Positions 34,054 to 43,227 of a stretch of 64,000 nt of DNA are shown one piece after another. Below the pieces are notes generated by a model that saw nothing but the letters and a program-made list of their open reading frames with translations, did not search any database and had not been told where the DNA came from. The stretch spans positions 30,977-94,976 of the forward strand of contig JABDFK010000001.1 in assembly GCA_013286585.1 (NCBI GenBank), written 5' to 3'. Source of the stretch: Deltaproteobacteria bacterium. Lineage in GTDB: Bacteria; Bdellovibrionota; Bdellovibrionia; Bdellovibrionales; Bdellovibrionaceae. Numbering within the stretch: position 1 is the stretch's first letter; every line of letters starts with the position of its first letter. Position numbers and translations under genes: made by a program.

Positions 34054-34434
34054 TCAGCTGGCGCGTTTGACGGGAAACGGAGTGCTGTCGAACTCAAGCT
34101 GTGGATTCACGCGCTTCAACCGACCCTGTTTCGAGCGCTCAGCCTTATGATGACTTTGATGTTTCTCTTTGAATTTTTTGAACTGTTTGCTCAGTTTTTC
34201 AGCAACATCGTCCATCGCGGAATAGAAGTTCGCGGCTTTGGCGGTGGCCTTAAAATGACCCCAAGGTGAGTTCACATCCACCTGAATTTGGCATTCGTGG
34301 CGGGTCGTTCGGTAGAAAACCTGGCAACTGGCATCGGTCAGAAGGAATCGGCTGGCTTTTTCCACCTCTTCACGGGTGTACTGCATCAGTGCTTGGGAGG
34401 GATCGACCTGGTGAAAATTGAACTTGAACTTCAT
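34054..34434 (-). CDS. hpf: Ribosome hibernation promoting factor / sigma-54 modulation protein family
   Basis: 126 aa with the HPF/RaiA pattern ('FYSAMDDVAEKLSKQFKKFKEK'), in the usual neighbourhood downstream of rpoN. Confidence 0.8.
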   Translation of the reverse strand: MKFKFNFHQVDPSQALMQYTREEVEKASRFLLTDASCQVFYRTTRHECQIQVDVNSPWGHFKATAKAANFYSAMDDVAEKLSKQFKKFKEKHQSHHKAERSKQGRLKRVNPQLEFDSTPFPVKRAS

Positions 34435-34774
34435 GGGGACTCCTTCGGCTCTGGCTGATTGTTTTGTCAGCCTTCATCACTCTTATCGGCCAAACTGGAC
34501 TTTGGAAGAGGGGCACCGCCCCGGTTTTTTGAAAAAAAATTCTCGAATTGAGACGCATCGCTGTGAAATCAGGGAGAGATGATTCAGATGAGAACAGCAA
34601 GGGCTGGTGATTCATTGCGTCGTTCTGTAGTCAGAATCCCGGTCTGAATTCCGCATACTGTATTCCGACCTGGATACTGCTGGCGTGGCATCAGAATAAA
34701 GGCGCAGGGCCGGAAATGAAAGCGCTCACCGAATTTCTCTTTGGGCAAGAAGGCCGGACGGATAAAATGAAAAA

Positions 34775-35830
34775 ATGCTGCTATTTCTCTTACTCAGCTT
34801 CGGAACCGCAACGGCCTACGATAAAATGGCTGATAAGGTCTACGATTGCTCTCTCAATGCCGCTAGAAAGGTGAGCAAAGTCACTGCCGAAGAAATCGTT
34901 GATGCCTGTAAAGATCAATTCTCTGCGAAGGGAGTCAGTGTGGACCGGGCCACGTCCGACGGCGATACCCAGTTTATCACCTTGAGTTGGACGGAAAATG
35001 GACAAAAAAATTCACGCAATTATATTTTTAACACGAAAACCGGAAAACCATGCAGTAGCTACGAAAAAATAAATTCTATCAAAAGCCTTAACGTTGATCT
35101 TCAGATATTCCTGAACCAGATCGGCAATACCTACGGTGACTTTACCTGCAAACAGAAATTTGGATTCAAACTTAAATCAGGTAAGTGCGAGAGAGCTTGC
35201 GGGCAGGGCCAATCTCTGATGACCACAATGCTGCCAATGGCACTTTCTGATTATTCCCTGCATCTGCTAAGCCACCCATGTAAGTTTTGTCCAGCCAATC
35301 GGTCGGCTAAATTCTCTGCGTACACGCAAACACACCCCGACTCCAACTCCTGCTTCGATAGGAATGGCTGCGAGGAGACGAAGACCGAGTTCAATCCTCT
35401 GTCTCAAAAGTGTGTTTACTCCTGTCCCGAGAATCAGGTCTTGGATAACAATACCGGTCATTGCAAACCAGACCCCAAAAAGAACTGTGAATATCTTCAA
35501 CTTGTGAAAAAAAATCTGCACCACATCGCCAACAAGACCCTGTCCCTATTGGATCAGGGAATGACTCTTGGGACTTGTGATTCGACCCAACTTCGTTCTG
35601 ACATTCAAAACTGGGTTTCAAGTGCGGAAGCAAGGTGGTCTTCAACAGATTGCTCGACCGTGGACCTTAGCTACAAAGCAGATCAATCAAATTTATACGA
35701 CTACTTTATGTCTCGACATCCTTCGCGCTGCTGGGCGGTGAAGGACATCTCCCACCCGATTGATCTCAATATCTATTATCTGTTTCAGCAGAATATTCTC
35801 TCGACCGAGGACCCCTTAGAAAATCTTTAA
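34775..35830 (+). CDS. Secreted cysteine-rich protein (17 Cys; CxxCP-type repeats), unknown function
   Basis: Hydrophobic N-terminus 'MLLFLLLSFGTATA'. Repeats 'CERACGQGQS', 'CKFCPANRS', 'CVYSCPENQVLDNNTGHC'. Opposite strand to all neighbours; its stop overlaps the rpoN stop. Confidence 0.6.
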   Translation: MLLFLLLSFGTATAYDKMADKVYDCSLNAARKVSKVTAEEIVDACKDQFSAKGVSVDRATSDGDTQFITLSWTENGQKNSRNYIFNTKTGKPCSSYEKINSIKSLNVDLQIFLNQIGNTYGDFTCKQKFGFKLKSGKCERACGQGQSLMTTMLPMALSDYSLHLLSHPCKFCPANRSAKFSAYTQTHPDSNSCFDRNGCEETKTEFNPLSQKCVYSCPENQVLDNNTGHCKPDPKKNCEYLQLVKKNLHHIANKTLSLLDQGMTLGTCDSTQLRSDIQNWVSSAEARWSSTDCSTVDLSYKADQSNLYDYFMSRHPSRCWAVKDISHPIDLNIYYLFQQNILSTEDPLENL

Positions 35831-37260
35831 AACATCTTCTTCCGGCGAGAGCTCGGAAGGATCTTCAACATCTCACGATATTTTGCCACCGTACGACGGG
35901 CGATTTGAATTCCATCTTTATCTAAAAGTTCGACGATCTTTTGATCCGACAATGGATCTTTGGGGCTTTCCTTCGATACCAATTCTTTGATCTTCATCTT
36001 CACCGATTCGCTGGCTAGCGATTCGCCATCGGACGTGCTGATACCAGAATTGAAAAAATATTTAAGCTCAAAAATTCCCTGCGGAGTGTGCATATACTTC
36101 GCCGTGGTTACGCGGGAAACCGTGGATTCATGCATGCCGATGTCGTTGGCGACGTCACGCAAAACCATGGGTCGCAAGAAGCTAGAACCCTTGTTCAGGA
36201 ATTCCTTTTGCTGCTTAACAATGGACTCTGCCACTTTGTAAATCGTGCGTTGGCGTTGATGAATGGACTTGATCAACCAAACTGCCGAGCGCAGCTTGTC
36301 TTGAATGTACTCTTGCGTTTTATCGCCGCCACCGCCGGTGGACTTCAAAACATTCTTATAAAAGTTGGAAATTTTCAGACGTGGAAGGCCATCTTCATTC
36401 AACGAGACCATGAAATCGTCGCCGACCTTGTAGACGTAGACGTCGGGCATGACGTACTGAGTGTCGGCAGGCGCATAGGCCCGGCCCGGTTTCGGGTCCA
36501 TGGTGTAAATGATTTTGCACAGATCTGCGACTTCGCGAACGTCGCGGCTCATGGCCCTAGCGATGGCTTCGTAGTTTTTCTTTTCTAAGTCTTTGAGGTG
36601 ATTGTTGATCAGATAAACCAAATCGTTGGTGTCTTCTTCCAGCACTTTCGCCTGGATCAGAAGACACTCTTTCAGATTGCGCGCGCCCACACCTGGGGGA
36701 TCGAACTCGTGGAAGAAACCAAGGACGTCTTCCATGTCTTTTAAATCCATTTTTTCGCTGCCGGCGATTTCTTCTAAAGGAGTAATGATGTATCCGTCGT
36801 CGTCGACGTAATCAATGAGCACTTCGGCGATTTTTAATTCCTCATCATTGAAACCGTACATTCTGGCTTGCCAGCTCAAATACTCGTGAAGCGACTGTTG
36901 TGTCGTCATCACGTTTTCGTAGTTCATAATTTCTTCGTTACCACCCTGGCCTTGGGTCGGTGGTTTGTATTGAGTCTCTAGATAATTTTCCCACTCGAAC
37001 TCGTCTTGTTTCTGCGGATCTTGAGTGCTGGCCTGCGCTTCGGTGCTGGCTTCGACTTCGCGCTCGGCGTCTTTAGTGCGCTGAAAGTCTTCCTCTTTTA
37101 GATCGGCAGTTTCTTCAAGGATGGGATTTTCTTCGATTTCATTGCGGACAGCGGTTTCTAATTCCATGCGCGAAAGTTGCAATAACTTAATCGCCTGCTG
37201 TAACTGCGGCGTCATCCGCAGTTGCTGACTTAAGTTCATTGACTGACTGAGCTTCGCCAT
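35827..37260 (-). CDS. rpoN: RNA polymerase sigma-54 factor
   Basis: N-terminal 'LSQQLRMTPQLQQAIKLLQLSRMELE', HTH region and RpoN box 'ARRTVAKYREML'. Confidence 0.97.
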   Translation of the reverse strand: MAKLSQSMNLSQQLRMTPQLQQAIKLLQLSRMELETAVRNEIEENPILEETADLKEEDFQRTKDAEREVEASTEAQASTQDPQKQDEFEWENYLETQYKPPTQGQGGNEEIMNYENVMTTQQSLHEYLSWQARMYGFNDEELKIAEVLIDYVDDDGYIITPLEEIAGSEKMDLKDMEDVLGFFHEFDPPGVGARNLKECLLIQAKVLEEDTNDLVYLINNHLKDLEKKNYEAIARAMSRDVREVADLCKIIYTMDPKPGRAYAPADTQYVMPDVYVYKVGDDFMVSLNEDGLPRLKISNFYKNVLKSTGGGGDKTQEYIQDKLRSAVWLIKSIHQRQRTIYKVAESIVKQQKEFLNKGSSFLRPMVLRDVANDIGMHESTVSRVTTAKYMHTPQGIFELKYFFNSGISTSDGESLASESVKMKIKELVSKESPKDPLSDQKIVELLDKDGIQIARRTVAKYREMLKILPSSRRKKMF

Positions 37261-37345
37261 ATTCCCCGCTTTTTAATAGCTTACACTAAATTGGTTCAAA
37301 CCTTGCATGTAAAGTTCGGAAACCGAACAATTAAGGGCTTTGCCC

Positions 37346-38068
37346 TTACAACTTAAAATTTTCGCCTAAATAAAATTGTTTGGCTAGGTCGTTGTTGGCA
37401 ATTTCTTGAGCTGTACCTTTGACCTGTATTTGACCATCTTTCAGAATGTAAGCCAGGTCACAGATGCCAAGAGTTTCTCGCACGTTGTGATCGGTGATTA
37501 GAATGCCTATTCCCTTGCTAGAGAGCTCGCGAATGATGCCTTGAATGTCGGCGACGGCGATGGGATCGATGCCCGCAAAGGGCTCATCCAGCAGAATAAA
37601 CTTAGGTGCACCCGCCAAGGCGCGAGCGATTTCCACTCGACGTCGTTCACCGCCGGAGAGTGCGTAACCATAAGAATCACGGATGTGTTGAATATGAAAC
37701 TCGTTCAGCAGTTCCTCTAGGCGTTCGCGCATGCGGGCCTCGGAATAACCGTGAGCTTCGAGCGCCACCGAGATATTTTCAGAGACAGAGAGCTTCCGAA
37801 AAATGCTGGGCTCCTGCGCCAGATAACTCAAGCCCACTCGGGCGCGGCGGTACATGGGCTCAAGCCCGATGGAAACTCCATCCAGCAAGATATCGCCTTT
37901 GTCGGGCTTCACAAGACCAACGACCATGTAAAAACTGGTGGTTTTTCCGGCGCCATTCGGCCCCAGCAAACCCACAATTTTTCCAGACTCAACGGAAAAA
38001 GAGACGTCCTTGACGACTTTGCGATTTTTGAAAGATTTTGAAATTCCGGAAACTGTCAGCAAACTCAC
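37346..38068 (-). CDS. lptB: LPS export ABC transporter ATP-binding protein LptB
   Basis: '[12 protein letters not shown]', '[15 protein letters not shown]', '[12 protein letters not shown]', '[10 protein letters not shown]'. Immediately upstream of rpoN. Confidence 0.93.
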   Translation of the reverse strand: MSLLTVSGISKSFKNRKVVKDVSFSVESGKIVGLLGPNGAGKTTSFYMVVGLVKPDKGDILLDGVSIGLEPMYRRARVGLSYLAQEPSIFRKLSVSENISVALEAHGYSEARMRERLEELLNEFHIQHIRDSYGYALSGGERRRVEIARALAGAPKFILLDEPFAGIDPIAVADIQGIIRELSSKGIGILITDHNVRETLGICDLAYILKDGQIQVKGTAQEIANNDLAKQFYLGENFKL

Positions 38069-38071
38069 GCT

Positions 38072-39049
38072 TTAATCCTCAAGTTTATCCACATGGGCCT
38101 TCATCTTTTCGACCTTCACCTTTTTGCCACCGTCGATCAAGATGATTTGATCACCAGTGATCTCATCGTTATTTTGTACGACCCGAGGCTTACCTTGCAA
38201 CGTGAATCGATTTTGCCCAGGGTCAAAGTTCACCAAATCTGAGGTGGCGTATTTGTCCAGATCGCTGACCTTCACACCCCCGGCGACAGAGACATTTTTC
38301 AAGAAATCACCCGGTTCACCGTATTCAAAATGAGCGTCAGGACCTTCCAATTTCATCGAGTCCATTTCAATCGAGACTTGATCAAAGAAGTGGACGCTGC
38401 GCCCAATCCCCGAGAATTCCGCCACTCCGCTTTTGATCGTGAAAAGCTTTCCGTCATTCAGTGTTTTCTGCGCCAAAACGTTGCGCTTGATCTGCATCAG
38501 ATTTTTGTCCACCAGCGCTTCCATCCAGTCGCCGGTGACTTGTATGCCCTTGCCGTTGCTGTCCAAGGGGCCCGTCATCTTGACCTTATCCACGCTTTTG
38601 ATCAGTCGATTTTCCGAGAGGTAATTGATGGTCTCTGTCTGAAAGCGATAACCATTTTGTGACTGCACTAAAACATTCCCAGAGATTTTCATGTCCCGGG
38701 TTTTGGCGTCGATTTTTCCGTTGGTACCGGTGACCGTGAACTCTGGCTTTTCACCGGAATAGAATAGGACTTTCACATTTTTCAGATCCCACTCACCGGA
38801 ACCTTCAGAGCCTTCGGCGGTTTCAGAAAAAAGTTCCCAATCGCGATTTCCCGAACGGCTTTCGACGTAATGCACGCCTTCCATATGTTTTTCAGCGGTG
38901 GATTTCGGCGCAATGTCCCCGGCCAGCGGAGCATAATCCGCCGTTCGTTCCAAATTCACGGGAAAACCCAGCCAAATCTCTAGAAATAGGACGATGAAAA
39001 AGAGGCTTAAAAAAAGGAGTCTCCACCTGTGGAGTGCAAATTGCATCAC
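38072..39049 (-). CDS. OstA-like LPS transport protein; apparent LptC-LptA fusion
   Basis: N-terminal TM anchor 'LLFLSLFFIVLFLEIWLG'. LptC-like half ('ISGNVLVQSQNGYRFQTETINYLSENRLIKSVDKVKMTG') and LptA-like half ('FTLQGKPRVVQNNDEITGDQIILIDGGKKVKVE'). It is the only ORF where lptC plus lptA are normally found. Confidence 0.65.
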   Translation of the reverse strand: MMQFALHRWRLLFLSLFFIVLFLEIWLGFPVNLERTADYAPLAGDIAPKSTAEKHMEGVHYVESRSGNRDWELFSETAEGSEGSGEWDLKNVKVLFYSGEKPEFTVTGTNGKIDAKTRDMKISGNVLVQSQNGYRFQTETINYLSENRLIKSVDKVKMTGPLDSNGKGIQVTGDWMEALVDKNLMQIKRNVLAQKTLNDGKLFTIKSGVAEFSGIGRSVHFFDQVSIEMDSMKLEGPDAHFEYGEPGDFLKNVSVAGGVKVSDLDKYATSDLVNFDPGQNRFTLQGKPRVVQNNDEITGDQIILIDGGKKVKVEKMKAHVDKLED

Positions 39050-39096
39050 ACACTCTTACTTCTTAGGAAAAAATATATCAAGGACGAGGGCAGGTC

Positions 39097-39678
39097 CTAT
39101 TGAGCTTTTTCTTTGGTTACGGCAAAGTTGATTTCTCCGGCGCCGGCTTCGGTCACCGTGTACATGACTTTCTTCAAGGTCAGGAAATCGATTCCCTTGT
39201 CGGCTTGAATAGTCACTTTGTTCCAAGGTGTCATATCGGGTTCTGGCTGCTTGTCCTTACCGGCTTCCACGACGGCCTTCAACTGATTCTGCAATTTCTT
39301 TTCAAACTCTTGCTTGGCCGTCTGCATGGCCTCTGACAGCTTGGCTGCCAAGGGTTGGACCATCCAGTCCTCTTGAGTCTTCAGCGCATCGTAAGTGATA
39401 ACACTGGTTCGATCCACCAAAACTTCTTTGTTGGAAATGGTCACCACCACCGCAGGCTTCAATTCTTTGATTTTTGCGGCCTTCGGTAAAACCACTTCTT
39501 TGGGAATATAAAGAACTTCCCCGGTGGAGTTATAATTCTGCAGTAGAAAAATCACAAGCACGGTGAACATGTCCACCATCGCTGTCAAACTTAGGATCGC
39601 TACCACTTCGCGCTTGCCACCCTTGCGGCTCAAGAGTCGATGATGGCGAAATTTTTGGCCCGGAGGATGTATCGGCAT
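39097..39678 (-). CDS. ExbD/TolR-family proton-channel subunit (AglS/AglQ-like)
   Basis: TM with the conserved Asp 'LTAMVDMFTVLVIFLL', plus a periplasmic ExbD-like domain. Confidence 0.8.
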   Translation of the reverse strand: MPIHPPGQKFRHHRLLSRKGGKREVVAILSLTAMVDMFTVLVIFLLQNYNSTGEVLYIPKEVVLPKAAKIKELKPAVVVTISNKEVLVDRTSVITYDALKTQEDWMVQPLAAKLSEAMQTAKQEFEKKLQNQLKAVVEAGKDKQPEPDMTPWNKVTIQADKGIDFLTLKKVMYTVTEAGAGEINFAVTKEKAQ

Positions 39679-40145
39679 TAGTAAGGCCCCCCTGTGAGCA
39701 CGCTCAGACTACCAAAACCATTTCTCAAAAATGCGTCCATGACGTGGATCAATCTTTCGTAAGGAAGTTCGTCCGCCATGGCAATACCGGCGTCGACTTT
39801 GTTTGGATATTGCTCTTTCACTTTTTGCAGCAGGTCCGACAGAGAAGCATCGTCAAAATCACCGTTTTTAAAAGGGATGGTGGTCTTGGTCTTTGCTACA
39901 GTGAGGGTATAACCTGTCGCCCGCACTTCCACTTTCAGCGCCACATCTGCATCCGGAGGAGGTTTCACCGGTGCAGCGTCAGTGCGCTTTCCGTAAATAG
40001 AACTGCCGATTTGAATCATAGACACCTGACTCCAGACGGCCGTGATCAACAAGAACGTGATGAGCACGCTCATCAAATCGATGAACGGAACTAGGTTCAG
40101 CTCTAAACTTGTTCTTCGGCCACTACCGGTCTGAATTTCAGACAT
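39678..40145 (-). CDS. ExbD/TolR-family proton-channel subunit (AglQ/AglS-like)
   Basis: 'LNLVPFIDLMSVLITFLLI' with the conserved Asp. 1-nt overlap with the next ExbD-like gene. Confidence 0.8.
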   Translation of the reverse strand: MSEIQTGSGRRTSLELNLVPFIDLMSVLITFLLITAVWSQVSMIQIGSSIYGKRTDAAPVKPPPDADVALKVEVRATGYTLTVAKTKTTIPFKNGDFDDASLSDLLQKVKEQYPNKVDAGIAMADELPYERLIHVMDAFLRNGFGSLSVLTGGPY

Positions 40146-40160
40146 ATTTGAACCTCATCC

Positions 40161-40814
40161 TTACTCGCGAATTTTGTCTCTGTTAGAGGCCACTAAATTA
40201 AGAACACTCATGCTGGCTTCCATCACTTCATTTTCAGCCCGCTGAATGCGCAGCTGAAAATATCCGTAAAACACGATAGAGATAATCGCCACCAAAAGAC
40301 CAAACGCCGTACAATTTAAGGCATGCGAAATACCTTCTGACAGGCGCTGCGCTTTTTCCGCAGGATCAGCTGCGGCCACCGCGCGGAACGAGGTGATCAT
40401 ACCAATGATGGTTCCTAGCAGTCCCGAAAGCACTGACACGTTACCCGTCACTGCCAGAAATGAAGTCCAACCCTCAAGTCTGGGAGTCTCTCTAAGAACG
40501 GCGGCATCCATGGCCACCTGAATTTCTTCATCGGGTCTTTTGTTCATCGCGTGAACCAAGCCCGCTTTCACCGTATTTGTCAGCGGTGTCGGTCGTGAAT
40601 CGCAATAAGCGATCGCTTGGCGAAGATCACCGCGCATGACCATGCCAAACAAACTGTCGGCAAACTCTTTGCGATCGATGGTCAAATTTTTGAGAGCCAT
40701 AAAGCGCTCTGCCACCAACAAGACGGTCACGATTCCCACCAATAAAATGATGTACATGACGGGGCCGCCCTCTGAAAAGGCCCTCACTATAAAAGGCATA
40801 TCTTGGTTGTTCAC
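40161..40814 (-). CDS. MotA/TolQ/ExbB-family proton channel (AglR-like)
   Basis: Three TM segments; 'LAVTGNVSVLSGLLGTIIGMITSF' and 'ALNCTAFGLLVAI' are typical of TolQ/ExbB. Confidence 0.85.
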   Translation of the reverse strand: MNNQDMPFIVRAFSEGGPVMYIILLVGIVTVLLVAERFMALKNLTIDRKEFADSLFGMVMRGDLRQAIAYCDSRPTPLTNTVKAGLVHAMNKRPDEEIQVAMDAAVLRETPRLEGWTSFLAVTGNVSVLSGLLGTIIGMITSFRAVAAADPAEKAQRLSEGISHALNCTAFGLLVAIISIVFYGYFQLRIQRAENEVMEASMSVLNLVASNRDKIRE

Positions 40815-40837
40815 GTTCTTCCTCCTGGTCTGTTGCT

Positions 40838-40860
40838 GGAGGTCGTCCTAGACGACCTCC
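40838..40860 (-). promoter_or_regulatory. Perfect 10-bp GC-rich hairpin between the FHA/TonB-like gene and the TolQ-like gene
   Basis: 'GGAGGTCGTC-CTA-GACGACCTCC'. No U-run follows on the minus strand; an AGGAGGA Shine-Dalgarno lies downstream. Confidence 0.4.
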
Positions 40861-40880
40861 CACATTATTTAAAACCTTAC

Positions 40881-42926
40881 TTAATTCTGTTTACTCATCA
40901 AGAACGGATAAGATACTTCGTAGTAACTTCCGCCCGGCGGCTCTGGGAACCGTTGCTCTTTAATTCTTCGCGCCACACATTCACCCACCGCTTGCAAATC
41001 GGCTGGCGCCTCTTTCACGTTCGACACAGTCACATGTCCTTGCTCGATCACCTTCCAATAGATGATGACTTTTCCTTCGAGGGAAGAGTTCGTCACCAAG
41101 GCACGGTCGAAGCAATTTTTAATCTGAGCCAAAATACTGCGAACCACTCGACGGACTTGCTCTTTATCCACCGTACCCACAAAGTCGGCACCACTGCCGC
41201 TGACTTCGATGGCGACGGAGCCTTTGCCGCCCACTCCGATATTTCCGTAGGAGGTCTGTCCCGAACTTCGACCGGAAGTTTTAATTCCAGCAATACCTTG
41301 TGTTGCTGTTCCATTGCCGCCGGCGCCAGTGTCTTTAAATTTTCCGCCCAGGTCATCGCCCGCTCGATTCGAGTTCATGCCGGACGAACCCGTGGCTTTA
41401 CTAGCATCACCCAGAAGTTCGCCCGTGCCGCTGTAGGCTTTGTCCAAAGATTGCTTGTTACCGCCGCCGCTAAAAGCGCTCAGCAGTCCCATGCTATTGA
41501 CATCTTTTTTCGACTCAGCGTTGGCTGCGGATTTATCCGTGGTCTTAACTGCGCCACCCTGCTTGATGGCCGAAGTGAATGTCTTACGATTGGATTTATT
41601 GTTGTTAGCCCGAACCTCTTCCGCTTTTGCGGGATGGTCTCTCAGTGCCGCTGATTTTTTCTTTTCATCGCCCTTCACTTGTTGGGCATTTTTAACCACT
41701 TCCACTTTTTTCAGTGGAGCTTGCTTCGGCGGCTCTGGTGGTTTTTGGACTGGCTCTGGCGGCTTCACCGGCGAAGGCACCTCTTTGGCGGTGTACACAA
41801 AGGTGGCCAAATGCAGCTGGTCCTCTTGCTTATCAGGATTTTGATCAGCGTTATTATAAATCGAAACATAAAGGGCCAAGAGCGCCACGACCACCAAAGA
41901 CACAATCAGTCCGGTGAGCTCGCCCGCCGTGAGATCAAATCCCAGCAGTGCGGGAGTCGCCGTACCGGGAACATGTCGAACAAAAATTTGCAGGGTGCCG
42001 TCACCCACGGTGATCGACAACAGTTCCCCTTGATCCAAACGCACGGACATTCCGCCCTTATCGCGGGACGCTTTACCAAGCGAAGTCATCATATCTGCGT
42101 CGTATTTCTTTTCAGACTGTTGGATTTCAGGAACCATATTGCTATTCAAAAATATTTTGGTGCCCTGACTCAGATCCGCAAATACCATTTGTTGCGGCAT
42201 AAAAACTGACGGCACGTCGACGTCGGCTTTTCCACCGCCACCGATCGTGATGGTTTTTTTATCAGTGAAGTGATGGCTAGAAATAATTCGCTCGTTCCAT
42301 GCCACCAGAATTTCGACCACAGGCCCCTTGGTCGGACGCAGATAACCGCGTAGCTCAGGGATTTGATTGGGTGGCGCAAAAGTCGAACGACCTCGGCGCG
42401 AGCTCTTCGAGGTTTTGCCGGCGGGCGAATGGGTCTTTTCTACTTTTCCGGTGTCGGGCAACTGCGGCCGCGATTTGCTGGCAGGAACAGCTTTCGGTAG
42501 ATCAAAAGATTTTCGCACGGAAGGCTCGGGAGGTGCTGCGGGTTTCGCTGCCGGAGGAGAAGGCGGTGCTGACGGAGGCGCCGCCGCACGAGGGGGCGTT
42601 GTCGCTGCCGGTGGATCTTTCGGTTTTGGTACTCCCACGAAAAAGTGCACTACGAATGCACCGATGCTGATCTGATCACCCGACGACAGGGCATCGTCCA
42701 ACACGGCCGCACCCTTTTTTATGGTTCCAGTGGAAGAGCCCAGATCCGCAATGTAATAACCCGAATCACGGAGCTCGATCAGACAATGAATCGGGGAGAC
42801 TCCACTGTCGGCAAGCTCGACATCGACGTCACCGCCATTGCCGAAGATGATCTGTTCCTTGTCGAATTGCTTCACTTCGACAAGCTGATTATTTTTGAAT
42901 ATTCGAAGAATAACTGGTGATCTCAA
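40881..42926 (-). CDS. FHA-domain / Pro-rich / TM / TonB-C-like protein (GltG/AgmX-like)
   Basis: N-terminal FHA ('IIFGNGGDVDVELADSGVSPIHCLIELRDSGYYIADLGSSTGTIKKG'). Pro/Ala-rich tract, TM 'LTGLIVSLVVVALLALYVSI', second Pro-rich tract 'PVKPPEPVQKPPEPPKQ'. C-terminal domain 'VRRVVRSILAQIKNCFDRAL...GKVIIYWKVIEQGHVTVSNV'. Confidence 0.75.
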   Translation of the reverse strand: MRSPVILRIFKNNQLVEVKQFDKEQIIFGNGGDVDVELADSGVSPIHCLIELRDSGYYIADLGSSTGTIKKGAAVLDDALSSGDQISIGAFVVHFFVGVPKPKDPPAATTPPRAAAPPSAPPSPPAAKPAAPPEPSVRKSFDLPKAVPASKSRPQLPDTGKVEKTHSPAGKTSKSSRRGRSTFAPPNQIPELRGYLRPTKGPVVEILVAWNERIISSHHFTDKKTITIGGGGKADVDVPSVFMPQQMVFADLSQGTKIFLNSNMVPEIQQSEKKYDADMMTSLGKASRDKGGMSVRLDQGELLSITVGDGTLQIFVRHVPGTATPALLGFDLTAGELTGLIVSLVVVALLALYVSIYNNADQNPDKQEDQLHLATFVYTAKEVPSPVKPPEPVQKPPEPPKQAPLKKVEVVKNAQQVKGDEKKKSAALRDHPAKAEEVRANNNKSNRKTFTSAIKQGGAVKTTDKSAANAESKKDVNSMGLLSAFSGGGNKQSLDKAYSGTGELLGDASKATGSSGMNSNRAGDDLGGKFKDTGAGGNGTATQGIAGIKTSGRSSGQTSYGNIGVGGKGSVAIEVSGSGADFVGTVDKEQVRRVVRSILAQIKNCFDRALVTNSSLEGKVIIYWKVIEQGHVTVSNVKEAPADLQAVGECVARRIKEQRFPEPPGGSYYEVSYPFLMSKQN

Positions 42927-43210
42927 TTGTTGCTCCGCCCGCGTTGCACATCTTCGGTTGATCGCTTCATTTCAGGAATAAAATCGTTTCTCAATTTCAT
43001 CATGCGCTTGAAATTGAAATTCTTTTTTTGAAAAAGATAAAAGAGATCTGGCTTTTGTGTCGAGCCTTCTACCAACTCATCTTCGAAGTTCAGAGTTTGT
43101 TTGCGCGGTTCCTTTTTGCTAGAGGTCTCTGCCGCAACAGAGAGTGCCGAGCTGAATATCATTAGCAGTGACAGCACAGACAGAATGAAAGAACGCTGAA
43201 AAAACATCAT
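42923..43210 (-). CDS. Small secreted protein (95 aa), in the GltF position
   Basis: Signal peptide 'ILSVLSLLMIFSSALSVAA'. 4-nt overlap with the downstream FHA/TonB-like gene. Assigned by position only. Confidence 0.5.
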   Translation of the reverse strand: MMFFQRSFILSVLSLLMIFSSALSVAAETSSKKEPRKQTLNFEDELVEGSTQKPDLFYLFQKKNFNFKRMMKLRNDFIPEMKRSTEDVQRGRSNN

Positions 43211-43227
43211 GTTGTAAACCCTAACTC

